Position numbers and translations under genes: made by a program
In this document: piece after piece, positions 52,860 to 64,000 of the stretch
How the letters are laid out: each line of letters starts with the position of its first letter
Position numbering within the stretch: the stretch's first letter is position 1
Assembly (NCBI GenBank): GCA_965197585.1
Contig: OZ240215.1
Coordinates: forward strand, 2,784,001-2,848,000
Direction: 5' to 3'
From: Dehalococcoidia bacterium
Lineage (GTDB): Bacteria; Chloroflexota; Dehalococcoidia; Plut-88900
Length of the DNA: 64,000 bases
The notes under the pieces: generated by a model
The model's database searches: none
What the model was told of the DNA's origin: nothing
What the model saw: only the letters and a program-made list of their open reading frames with translations

Positions 52860-55800
52860 ATGGCAAGAGAGATGAGCGAAAAGATGTTCAAACCGGTATC
52901 GAGCAAGGTGAGTTTTCCGGAGCTGGAGACGCGGGTGCTGGAGTTCTGGAAGGACCGTGATATTGCGAAGCGGTCGGTGGAGGAGCGTCGGGACAGGCCA
53001 CAGTACGTGATGTTCGAAGGGCCGCCGACGGCCAACGCCGGCCCCGGCATCCACCACGTCTTGTCTCGGGTGTTCAAGGACATCATGCCCCGCTACAAGA
53101 CGATGAAGGGCTTCTGCGCGCCTCGGAAGGCGGGATGGGACACCCACGGCTTGCCCGTTGAGCTGGAGGTCGAGAAGAGTCTCGGCATTACGCGGAAGGC
53201 GCAGATCGAGGAGCATGGCATCGCCGAGTTCAACGCCGCCTGCAAGCAGAACGTGATGCGCTACGTGAAGGAGTGGGAGGCGCTCACCGACCGCATCGGC
53301 TTCTGGATCGACATGGAGCACCCCTACGTCACCTTCGAAAACTCGTATATCGAGTCGATGTGGTGGATCCTGAAGCAGCTCTGGGACCGGGACCTGATCT
53401 ACGAGGCCTATAGGTCGATCTGGCACTGCCCCCGCTGCGTCACATCCCTGAGCGACCACGAGGTGGCCCAGGGCTACAACGACAAAACGAAGGACGTGGC
53501 CATATTCGTGAAGTTCAGGGTCGACCTTGAGGACGACGACTACAGCAACGCGGCCCGCACCTTCATTGGCGGGTCCCCCCTTCCGACCTCCATCCTCGCC
53601 TGGACGACGACTCCCTGGACCCTCCCCGGTAACACGGCCCTGGCTGTCGACTCTGACGCAGACTACGCAGTCGTCCAGGACAAGGCCGAGGGAGCGATAC
53701 CCGAACGGCTAATCATGGCCGAGGCCCTCATCGGAAAGCTGCTTCCGGAGGGCTACGAGACCCTCGGGAGGGTGAAGGGCAGCGACCTGGCGGGAATCGG
53801 ATACAAGGCCCTGTACAACCCGGTGGCCTACCGGGTCCCGGGGATCGGACGGTTCGCCGAGGGCCGGGTGCAGGGGGGCGCCAGCTACACGCCGGGCCAA
53901 ACGGCGACGTTCCACGTTGTCGGCGGGGACTTCGTGAGCCTGGACGAGGGTACGGGAGTGGTACACATCGCACCTGCCTTCGGTGAGGACGACTTCAAGA
54001 TAGGGGCGTCGGCGGGGCTGTACTTTGTCCAGCATGTCGATTTGCAGGGTGCGATGCTCGGAGACTTCCCGTTCGCGGGGAAGTTCGTGAAGGACGCCGA
54101 CGCGGATATCATCGACGACCTCACGGCCCGGGAGCTGATGTTCCGGAGCACCCAGATAGTCCACACCTATCCCTTCTGCTGGCGGTGCAGCTCGCCGCTG
54201 GTCTACTACGCCAAGAGCTCCTGGTACATCAACACCACTGCCATCAAGGACACGCTGCTGGACAACAACGACAAGGTGAACTGGTACCCCGGCCACATCA
54301 AGTGGGGGCGGTTCGGGGAGTGGCTGAGGAACGTGCAGGACTGGGCCATCTCAAGAGAGCGGTACTGGGGAACGCCGATACCCTTCTGGCAGTGCGACTC
54401 CTGTGAGAAGTACGAGTGTATAGGCTCGATAGCCGAGCTCCGTTCGAAGAAGGCCGTACGCGGCATCACCGAGCCTCTGGACCTCCACCGCCCCAACGTC
54501 GACGAGATCTACTACGAATGCGGAGGCTGCGGCGGCACGATGGGCCGCATCCTGGAGGTGATGGACGTCTGGTTCGACTCGGGAGCGATGCCCATCGCTC
54601 AGTGGCACTATCCATTCGAAAACGAGGGCATGCGAGAGGACGGCCGGTTCCCCGCCGACTACATCTGCGAGGCCGTCGACCAGACGCGAGGCTGGTTCTA
54701 CAGCCTTCACGCCGTATCGTCACTGCTATTCGGCGAGCCGTGCTTCCGCAACGTCATCTGTCTCGGGCACATCCTGGACGAGGCCGGGGAGAAGATGAGC
54801 AAGTCCAAGGGGAACGTGGTTAAGCCGTGGTCGGTGCTCGACGCCCAGGGCGCCGACGCCCTGCGCTGGTACCTGTACACCGCCTCGCCACCCGGCAACC
54901 CGCGCCGGTTCTCGGGCGAACTGGTACAGGAAGCGATCCGCAAGTTTATGCTGACCCTGTGGAACACCTACTCGTTCTTCGTCACCTACGCCAATATCGA
55001 CGGATACCAGCCAATTCGGGATAGGAACGGGGCCAAGGCATCGGGGCTGGACCGGTGGATAGAGTCGGAATTGCACCGGCTGGTCAAGGACGTGACCGAC
55101 TCCCTGGACAACTACGATCCGACCAACGCTGGCCGCAGGATCGAAGGTTTTGTGGACGTGCTGTCCAACTGGTACGTGCGTCGGAGCCGACGCCGTTTCT
55201 GGAAGAGCGAGAACGACGCCGAAAAGCAGTCTGCCTACGACACCCTCTACAACTGCCTGGTCACGCTGTCCAAGCTCATCGCTCCCTTCACGCCGTTCCT
55301 GGCGGAAGAGCTCTATCGAAACCTTGTCTTCGCGGTTGATTCTTCTGCCCCTGAGAGCGTTCACCTGGCCTCGTTCCCCGAGGCAGACGAGTCGCTCATA
55401 GACCCCGCCCTAAACGACGAGGCTCGGCTGGCAATGAAGGTTAGCAGCCTGGGCCGCGCCGCCCGGAGCAAGGCGGGAATCAAGGTGCGCCAACCGTTGG
55501 CGTTGGCGACGATTATGGTCCCGAGCGAGGAAGAAAGGAAGTCATTGCGCGGCAGCTTCGACCAAGTGAAAGAGGAGCTTAACGTCAAGGCGTTGAAATT
55601 TGCCGACTCAACCTCAGAGCTGACAGTCGAAGACGTGTCAGCAGATACGACGCTGCTCGGACCCAAGTATGGGAAAGACACGCCGAAGGTCCTCAAGTGG
55701 CTCTCTGACGCGGACCCCGAAGAGGTCGCAAGGGCGGTGAAGAGGGGCCAAAAGGTTCGGTTAGTAGGAAAACTCAGTGCTGGAACTCCGAAACTTAGTG

Positions 55801-56219
55801 GAGTCCTCACCGTAGTTAATCCATCTGAGGAAGAAACTGAATTCATCCTAGAGCCGGAAGAAATCAAACTGACGGTAGTGGTTAGGGATGGGATTGCGCT
55901 AGCAATGGAGGGAGAATACGCGGTTGCTGTGCCGACTACCATATCTGCAGAGCTAGCGAGGGAGGGGATGGCTCGAGAGCTGGTGCACCGGCTGCAGACG
56001 ATGCGGCGGTCGGCGGGCTTCAAGGTTGTCGATCAGATAGTGAGCTACCTGGTCGGGGAGGGTGCTCCGGCGGAGGCCTTGGCAGCTTTCGAAGACTACG
56101 TGAAACAGGAAACGCTATCTAAAGAAGTCTTCACATCTGCCCCCCCACCCGAGGCGTTTGTCGAGACGCATAAGCTGGACGGTCGGGAGGTGGTGTTGGG
56201 AGTGGTGAAGGTGGGGTAG
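52860..56219 (+). CDS. ileS: Isoleucine--tRNA ligase (long, type 2-like)
   Basis: EGPPTANA, GWDTHGLPVE, WTTTPWT, DQTRGWF, KMSKS. Confidence 0.96.
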   Translation: MAREMSEKMFKPVSSKVSFPELETRVLEFWKDRDIAKRSVEERRDRPQYVMFEGPPTANAGPGIHHVLSRVFKDIMPRYKTMKGFCAPRKAGWDTHGLPVELEVEKSLGITRKAQIEEHGIAEFNAACKQNVMRYVKEWEALTDRIGFWIDMEHPYVTFENSYIESMWWILKQLWDRDLIYEAYRSIWHCPRCVTSLSDHEVAQGYNDKTKDVAIFVKFRVDLEDDDYSNAARTFIGGSPLPTSILAWTTTPWTLPGNTALAVDSDADYAVVQDKAEGAIPERLIMAEALIGKLLPEGYETLGRVKGSDLAGIGYKALYNPVAYRVPGIGRFAEGRVQGGASYTPGQTATFHVVGGDFVSLDEGTGVVHIAPAFGEDDFKIGASAGLYFVQHVDLQGAMLGDFPFAGKFVKDADADIIDDLTARELMFRSTQIVHTYPFCWRCSSPLVYYAKSSWYINTTAIKDTLLDNNDKVNWYPGHIKWGRFGEWLRNVQDWAISRERYWGTPIPFWQCDSCEKYECIGSIAELRSKKAVRGITEPLDLHRPNVDEIYYECGGCGGTMGRILEVMDVWFDSGAMPIAQWHYPFENEGMREDGRFPADYICEAVDQTRGWFYSLHAVSSLLFGEPCFRNVICLGHILDEAGEKMSKSKGNVVKPWSVLDAQGADALRWYLYTASPPGNPRRFSGELVQEAIRKFMLTLWNTYSFFVTYANIDGYQPIRDRNGAKASGLDRWIESELHRLVKDVTDSLDNYDPTNAGRRIEGFVDVLSNWYVRRSRRRFWKSENDAEKQSAYDTLYNCLVTLSKLIAPFTPFLAEELYRNLVFAVDSSAPESVHLASFPEADESLIDPALNDEARLAMKVSSLGRAARSKAGIKVRQPLALATIMVPSEEERKSLRGSFDQVKEELNVKALKFADSTSELTVEDVSADTTLLGPKYGKDTPKVLKWLSDADPEEVARAVKRGQKVRLVGKLSAGTPKLSGVLTVVNPSEEETEFILEPEEIKLTVVVRDGIALAMEGEYAVAVPTTISAELAREGMARELVHRLQTMRRSAGFKVVDQIVSYLVGEGAPAEALAAFEDYVKQETLSKEVFTSAPPPEAFVETHKLDGREVVLGVVKVG

Positions 56220-56536
56220 GGGATCACTGCCAGAGGCTCCGGGAGTATATTGAGTCCCACCCGCCTACTCTCTTGTTGAGTCATGGGTGAGGCGTGAGCG
56301 GGCAAGTCCTAGATCCCTCGCGGGGCCTCGGGATGACAGTGTTATAGGTGTTGGTTGGGATGGGGAGGGCGACCACGACGGATGGACAACGCGGGCCACA
56401 CCCCGCTCGACCCTTCGAGTACCTCAGGATGAGCGGCCCCTCCTAGGGATGGATTCACGCCTCGGCGCACGCCAAAGGCGCACTTACAGTATCTTCGACT
56501 GGCTCGGGGGCCGGAATGACGGGGGGGGATGGGGGG

Positions 56537-57607
56537 TTATTCCCTGACGGCGAGGACTACGGAGAGGGTCATCTCCTCTCCGCCCCGGATTATGGTGATG
56601 TCAAGTTCGTCTCCGAGAGGGCTGGTGCGGATCAGGTGGATGAATTCGTCGCTGGTGGTAAGGAGTTCGCCGTTGAATCTTATGGCGACATCCCGGGCCT
56701 CGAGGCCCGCCTCCTCGGCGGGGGTGTCCCGCAAGACGTTGGTTATCAGAACGCCCTCTTCGATTCCCAGGTCGAACCGCGCTGAGATGCCGGGATTGAC
56801 GGTCGCCAGCGTGACGCCTAAAAAGCCCCTTACCACCTCCCCGTGGGTGATTAGTTGATCGACCACCCGGTTGATGGTTTGGGTGCCCACTGCGAACCCG
56901 ATTCCCGGCTGGGTGCGGTCTACCGCGGTGTTGATGCCCACGATTTCACTCTCCAGGTTCAACAGGGGGCCGCCGCTGTTGCCGGGGTTGATTGCGGCGT
57001 CGGTCTGGACCAGGTCGCTAAGCTCGCCGTCGCTCAGGGAAACGGACCTGCCCAGGGCGCTGACGACACCCGCTGTCACAGTGGGCCCGCCCTCAAAGCC
57101 CATCGCGTTGCCTATGGCGACGACGGGCTCTCCGATTCTGAGCGACTCGGTGTCGCCGAAATCGAGGGAGGGCAGGCCTTCAGCATCCACTTTGATAACA
57201 GCGAGGTCGGATATGGGGTCCGCGCCGATAATCTCGGCGCTGAAAGTCTGACCGTCAGTCAGGGTGACAAGGATGAAGCTGGCTTCGCGGACCACGTGGC
57301 TGTTGGTGACAATCAGGCCGTCTTCGCTGATGATTACACCGGAGCCGGAGTAGTCGGACTGGGATCCGGGGTCGAGAAACTGGCTCAGGTCGACGGCACT
57401 GGTGAGTATGGATACGACGGCCGGCAGAGAGTGCTCCGCCACTTCGGCGACAGACATGGGCCGGACGGTGGGGGTAGGGGCAGGGGTCTCGGTGGGCGGA
57501 GGGGTGGGCTCGGGGCCCGCGCTGCAGGCAGCTCCCACGAGGGCCAGGAGGAAGACGAGGGTCGAGAGCAGGCGGATGTCCGCACTCAGTCCGTGGGGCC
57601 TAGCCAT
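56537..57607 (-). CDS. HtrA-like serine protease with PDZ domain
   Basis: TNSHV, DLAV, QTDAAINPGNSGGP; GAAC lipobox. Confidence 0.93.
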   Translation of the reverse strand: MARPHGLSADIRLLSTLVFLLALVGAACSAGPEPTPPPTETPAPTPTVRPMSVAEVAEHSLPAVVSILTSAVDLSQFLDPGSQSDYSGSGVIISEDGLIVTNSHVVREASFILVTLTDGQTFSAEIIGADPISDLAVIKVDAEGLPSLDFGDTESLRIGEPVVAIGNAMGFEGGPTVTAGVVSALGRSVSLSDGELSDLVQTDAAINPGNSGGPLLNLESEIVGINTAVDRTQPGIGFAVGTQTINRVVDQLITHGEVVRGFLGVTLATVNPGISARFDLGIEEGVLITNVLRDTPAEEAGLEARDVAIRFNGELLTTSDEFIHLIRTSPLGDELDITIIRGGEEMTLSVVLAVRE

Positions 57608-58553
57608 CGTCTTGCGTTTTGGTGTAGACCAGCATGTCGACGGCTAACCGCCCCGAGTCTTCGCCGTCATAGTCCATCTGCTGCCTCTTACGTCTCAGCT
57701 TGTTGATCCTTGAGGCGACGACTGCCCCGAACAGGAGGATGACGCCGGAGAAGTAGGCCCAGGCCAACAGGACGACCATAGTGGCAGCGGTGCCGTACAC
57801 CAGGTTGTAGATGGAGAGCCGGGCCACGTACCAGACAAAGCCGTGGCGCAGCGCCTCGAAGGATATGGCGGCTAGCAATGCGGCGGGCCAGACGTCCTTC
57901 CACTGGACTCGGGTGTTGGGGATGTAGCGGTAGAGGGAGCTGAAGGCGGCGAAGGTCAGAAGCAGCGGCAGGCCCCAGCCAAGGAGCAGCCAGGTCCCGC
58001 CCCAAGGGCCGGAGGAGTCCGTGGCCGCCGTGCTGCGGGAGAATTCGATGATAGGGGTAATCGAAAGGGACAGGATGAATATCATCCACGATCCGAGCAT
58101 GAGAGAGAAGTCGATAATCCTTTCCCGCAGAAACGATCGGGGGTTGAAGATGGCCCACGCGGCATTGATTCCCTTGCGTGTGGCGGCAAATACGGAAAGG
58201 GAGGCCCAGCCCAATCCGATGACGGCAACCGTTCCGGTGTACGGCCAGTCGTTGGAGACGTCTATCAGGGTGTCGGTAATGAAGTCCTGGGACACGGGGA
58301 CAGAGTTGCCGACTCGATCAATGAAGGAGTCATAGGAGACAAAGTCGCCGGTGATGATGACGATGGCCAGGACCATGGGGAACATGGAGAAAAGGCCCCA
58401 GAAGGCGATGGAGGCGGCCATGTGAGGGACGTTAAAGGTGAGAAAGTCGTGGATTACGGCCTTCACAAGGACCTTGATAGTGTCACTACGCCTGTGGCCG
58501 CGCCTGTCACGCTTGTTCAGCCAATCGGGATTGAATAGCGCCGGTACTTTCAT
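57600..58553 (-). CDS. YihY/virulence factor BrkB family membrane protein
   Basis: AASIAF, LYRYIP, YNLVYG, ILLFGA. Confidence 0.9.
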   Translation of the reverse strand: MKVPALFNPDWLNKRDRRGHRRSDTIKVLVKAVIHDFLTFNVPHMAASIAFWGLFSMFPMVLAIVIITGDFVSYDSFIDRVGNSVPVSQDFITDTLIDVSNDWPYTGTVAVIGLGWASLSVFAATRKGINAAWAIFNPRSFLRERIIDFSLMLGSWMIFILSLSITPIIEFSRSTAATDSSGPWGGTWLLLGWGLPLLLTFAAFSSLYRYIPNTRVQWKDVWPAALLAAISFEALRHGFVWYVARLSIYNLVYGTAATMVVLLAWAYFSGVILLFGAVVASRINKLRRKRQQMDYDGEDSGRLAVDMLVYTKTQDDG

Positions 58554-58616
58554 GCTCTACTTCATTGCCGCCAAGGGCATAGCCGGGTTACGGTACGGTC
58601 CAGCCAGGCCTCGAGG

Positions 58617-59360
58617 CTAGGGAAGGGCGGCGGCGGGCGCTTTGACCGGAGCCCCGACCGCTTCTTTCTGAGCGTCGAAAAGCTGTCTCAGGCCAACGGA
58701 CACTGTGTCGAGAATCGAGTCCATTTCGTCCCGGGAGAAGGGCCTCGCCTCCCCGGTGCCCTGGACCTCTATGAGCTGTCCAGATTCGGTCATTACAATG
58801 TTAAAGTCCACGCTGGCGGCGGAATCCTCTTCGTAGCACATGTCCAGCAGAACGTCCCCGCCTCGGATTCCGGCGCTCAGACCTGCCACGGCAGACATTA
58901 TTGGGTTGGAGCGACCGGTCAGGCCCAGGGTCTGCATGGCGTCCATCAGGGCGACATAGGCCCCGGTGATCGAGGCCATGCGGGTGCCGCCGTCCGCCTG
59001 CAGCACGTCACAGTCGACGGTCAAGGTCCTTTCGCCGAGCTGCTCCATGTCGGCCACGGATCGGAGAGAGCGGCCTATGAGCCGTTGGATCTCCATACTC
59101 CTGCCGCTAGGGCGGCCTCGGGACTGCTCCCTGGGCGAGCGCTCGGGTGTGGCCCGGGGCAGCATGGCGTACTCGGCGGTAATCCATCCCTGTCCCTTAC
59201 CCCTGAGGAAGAAGGGGACGCGGTCTTCCACGGACACGGTGCAGAGCACCTTAGTGAGGCCCTGGGATATCATCGCCGAGCCTTCCGCGAAGGCCTGAAT
59301 ACCCTTAGTGATCCGCACGGGCCGTAACTGGCCCGCGTTCCTACCATCGGTCCTGATCAA
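58617..59360 (-). CDS. rph: Ribonuclease PH
   Basis: GWITAEYAMLP, EIQRLIGRSLR, DCDVLQADGGTR, EVQGTGE. Confidence 0.96.
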   Translation of the reverse strand: MIRTDGRNAGQLRPVRITKGIQAFAEGSAMISQGLTKVLCTVSVEDRVPFFLRGKGQGWITAEYAMLPRATPERSPREQSRGRPSGRSMEIQRLIGRSLRSVADMEQLGERTLTVDCDVLQADGGTRMASITGAYVALMDAMQTLGLTGRSNPIMSAVAGLSAGIRGGDVLLDMCYEEDSAASVDFNIVMTESGQLIEVQGTGEARPFSRDEMDSILDTVSVGLRQLFDAQKEAVGAPVKAPAAALP

Positions 59361-59622
59361 TCATTTCCCCCTAGTGGACAGCCGACCCAAAGGGCCGAAC
59401 CGTATGTAAACGAGTATAGCACCGGGCTATATGGGGGGCAATTTGAGGGGGGAGCCCCTCCCCACCCTTACTAAGAACAGAGTGTCTGTGTAGGGGATGA
59501 AGTGCAGACTAACGCCTCAGATTCCTCGCAGAGTCTCGGAATGACAGGGTAAACGACGCTCGGGTTGCCTGAGGCGCGGACACCTTGATGCTATAATTCA
59601 CCCCTCCCCTGGAGATAAAGGA

Positions 59623-60675
59623 ATGAATGTTCAAGCACCCCAAGCTCATTGCCAGTATTGCTACTATGCCCAACTCTACAATCAGCCATTGTGTGAACAA
59701 GCAGGACGCACGAGCCAAGACATGAGCCAAGAATCCCCAACGCTATCTCGCCATAATGCGCTCCGGGATACCTTAGCTCTGGATTGGCAAACAGCCTTGA
59801 AAACAAGGCGCAAGCCAGTGGTGCCCATAAAGTGTGAGTGTGGCAAATCTATCGAGATGCCCTTGGATGGCGTGAAGGTCGCAACGGAATATACGTGGCG
59901 TGGCACACGGACTGATATTGCGATTCTTGATGCTGCCAACAAGCCATGTTGCTTTGGGGAAGTTATCGACAAAGGGCCACCTTCGCCAGATAAGCTGGCG
60001 ATATATCGGCAAGCTGGTTTCCCTATCTGGTTCATTCCCTATGCCGACACGAGAGCACTACTCGGTTATTGCTCGGTTGCGTGTTGGGAAAATAGGCAAG
60101 CAGTCAAACAACGTGTTGAAAGCAATAGACGCTCTCCCAATGATGAGTTTGACATCGATTCGTTGAGGTGGTGTGAAGACTGCGGCGTCAAACTTGAACG
60201 GAATGAAGCCATTATAGATTGTCAAGGAGTGTTTTGCCCCAAATGTATCGGAACTAACATCATTCACTTGTGCTGCTGGGGAATAGGTGCCTACGACCTA
60301 GAAGACCGACGGATAAAGGACGATCCATATAATCCACTCACTCAGGCAGAGCTATTGGCCTATTGGAATACGATGGACTTCTGGCGGTTCGTATGGGAAA
60401 AGCGAGTGCGAGAACCCACCGAGCCATACGGAGGCCCTAAAGATGAATCATTGACATCTAGTGCGCTCCAATACATCGACACCGCAATAGCCAGCCAGCA
60501 AGTCGAGATAGCATATGCACGACTACAGGAGGTTGGCTATGCTCCGATGACTGCCTTTGAGCCAATCAATTGCCGTGCGGTCGCACGGTGCTGGACTGAA
60601 CTTGAAACCTATACAGAGTCTCTATTACCTAGCAATTGCAAGGTGATACGCCGACCGGACGACTGGGAAAGGTAG
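59623..60675 (+). CDS. Cys-rich hypothetical protein with possible PD-(D/E)XK domain
   Basis: Multiple CxxC motifs; E...RTDIAILD...GEV; low GC. Confidence 0.6.
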   Translation: MNVQAPQAHCQYCYYAQLYNQPLCEQAGRTSQDMSQESPTLSRHNALRDTLALDWQTALKTRRKPVVPIKCECGKSIEMPLDGVKVATEYTWRGTRTDIAILDAANKPCCFGEVIDKGPPSPDKLAIYRQAGFPIWFIPYADTRALLGYCSVACWENRQAVKQRVESNRRSPNDEFDIDSLRWCEDCGVKLERNEAIIDCQGVFCPKCIGTNIIHLCCWGIGAYDLEDRRIKDDPYNPLTQAELLAYWNTMDFWRFVWEKRVREPTEPYGGPKDESLTSSALQYIDTAIASQQVEIAYARLQEVGYAPMTAFEPINCRAVARCWTELETYTESLLPSNCKVIRRPDDWER

Positions 60676-60685
60676 GCACGGATTC

Positions 60686-62505
<1,820 letters not shown>

Positions 62506-62544
62506 TAGGCCCGTGTGTCGGCCACCGGCACAGGAGGTGTGAAC

Positions 62545-62715
62545 ATGAAATGCAGCTCTTGCCAGAAGAAAGTCGAAAGGTGGCTCCGCCGGGAGTATAA
62601 CGTCTACTGCATGCCCTGCTACAAGCAGGCCCTGGACCTGAGGCAGGGCCTTTCCACCAACGACAACGAGGAGTGGAACAACCGTCGGGCCTTGGCTCAA
62701 CTGGAAGGGCAGTAG
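62545..62715 (+). CDS. Small Zn-finger protein
   Basis: CSSC...CMPC; AGGAGG RBS. Confidence 0.6.
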   Translation: MKCSSCQKKVERWLRREYNVYCMPCYKQALDLRQGLSTNDNEEWNNRRALAQLEGQ

Positions 62716-62740
62716 GAAGCCCTAAACATTTGCAAAGGCG

Positions 62741-63133
62741 ATGCTTCTAGAAGAACACATAGAGACAGCCAAGGACTTTCTTGACGCAGCAGAAAAGGAA
62801 TACGCGTCAGGAGAACGGTTGCAGGCGTTCGAGAAGCTGTGGGGTGCTGCATCCCACGCTACACTGGCCTTGGCGCGGCAACGGGGAGGCCCTGTCGGGG
62901 GCCATAGAGACCTTAGAAACCTGATATGGGACGTCTCCAAGTCTGAATCAGGACCCGACTTACGTGCCGGGTTCTCAATAGCCGAGAAATGTCACGCCAA
63001 CTTCTATCACGATTTCATGTCCTACGACGATGAATTCGCAGTATCCCGTGAGCTTGTGGGGGAGTTCGTTGATGCCGTTCTCGGCCTCGTGAACGGCGAG
63101 GCTCAACCACAAAACGGGCAGGAGTCCGGTTAG
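62741..63133 (+). CDS. PaREP1/HEPN-like protein
   Basis: QAFEKLWGAA...HANFYH. Confidence 0.75.
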   Translation: MLLEEHIETAKDFLDAAEKEYASGERLQAFEKLWGAASHATLALARQRGGPVGGHRDLRNLIWDVSKSESGPDLRAGFSIAEKCHANFYHDFMSYDDEFAVSRELVGEFVDAVLGLVNGEAQPQNGQESG

Positions 63134-63154
63134 ACCATTATTTGGAGGAACTGA

Positions 63155-64000
63155 ATGATCACCAGGATCGGTATTAACGGCTTCGGCAGGATAGGCAGGC
63201 AGGTCACCCGCTCCATACTCGAGAGACATTCTGACGAGCTCGAAATCGTAGCCGTCAACGATCTCACCGACACCGAGACCAACTCCCACCTCTTCAAGTA
63301 CGACACCAACTACGGCAGGTATCCCGGTACCGTCGAAGCTGCCGACGGCCACGTCGTTGTCGATGGTCGGCCCATCAAGGTCTTCTCCGAGCGCGACCCC
63401 GCCAAGATTCCGTGGGGCGATCTCGGTGTGCAGCTGGTCATCGAGTCCACGGGCTTCTTCACAAACGCCCAACAGGCCGCCGGCCACCTGGAGGGCGGGG
63501 CCAAGAAGGTGATCATCTCCGCCCCCGCCAAGGGTGATGACCTCACAGTCGTCATGGGCGTAAACGAGGACAAGTACGACCCAGCGCAGCACACCGTCGT
63601 GTCCAACGCCTCCTGTACCACCAACTGCGTTGCGCCCCTGGTCAAGGTGCTCAACGACACCTTTGGCATCAGCCACGCGCTGATGACCACCGTCCACGCC
63701 TACACCAACGACCAGAAGATCCTGGACCAGGTCCACAGCGACATTCGTCGGGCCCGAGCCGCAGCCGCCAACATCATCCCAACCACCACCGGCGCCGCCA
63801 AGGCCGTAGGCGTTGTCATGCCGGAGGTGCAGGGCAAGATACACGGCATGGCCTTCCGGGTGCCAGTTCCGACAGTCTCACTAATCGACCTCGTAGCCAA
63901 CGTCGAACGCTCCGTCACCAGGGACGACGTGAACCAAGCCTTTCAGCAGGCCTCCCAGGAGACCCTGAGCGGCGTACTGGAATACTGCGAGGAGGAGCTG
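63155..64000 (+). CDS. gap: Glyceraldehyde-3-phosphate dehydrogenase (runs off window end)
   Basis: [21 protein letters not shown]; GGAGG RBS; absent from the ORF track because truncated. Confidence 0.96.
   Translation, partial: MITRIGINGFGRIGRQVTRSILERHSDELEIVAVNDLTDTETNSHLFKYDTNYGRYPGTVEAADGHVVVDGRPIKVFSERDPAKIPWGDLGVQLVIESTGFFTNAQQAAGHLEGGAKKVIISAPAKGDDLTVVMGVNEDKYDPAQHTVVSNASCTTNCVAPLVKVLNDTFGISHALMTTVHAYTNDQKILDQVHSDIRRARAAAANIIPTTTGAAKAVGVVMPEVQGKIHGMAFRVPVPTVSLIDLVANVERSVTRDDVNQAFQQASQETLSGVLEYCEEEL

Overview
GC-rich bacterial chromosomal window. The gene content (F420-type LLM, several amidohydrolases and CoA enzymes, Pro/Thr-rich secreted proteins, T-box) suggests Chloroflexota/Dehalococcoidia such as SAR202; this taxonomy is inference only. 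The housekeeping backbone (folC, fabF, polyprenyl synthase, metG, hisS, acsA, ileS, rph, eno, gap) is interleaved with lower-GC one- or two-gene islets, about eight toxin-antitoxin genes or remnants, and five IS elements (two IS481, one IS30, two IS110). Main observations: (1) two IS110 elements whose bridge-RNA guides, CT core, junction promoter and REP-like target can all be read from the sequence, with guide and target covarying between copies; (2) a family of 21-22-nt mini-hairpin units inserted iteratively and all on one strand inside intergenic repeats; (3) an unannotated, highly structured ~400-nt element at 43751-44154; (4) cargo islets bracketed by synonymously diverged duplicates of gene ends; (5) a CxxU selenoprotein missed by the ORF track. 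No rRNA, tRNA or CRISPR array was seen. All family calls come from motif recognition by eye, not database searches.
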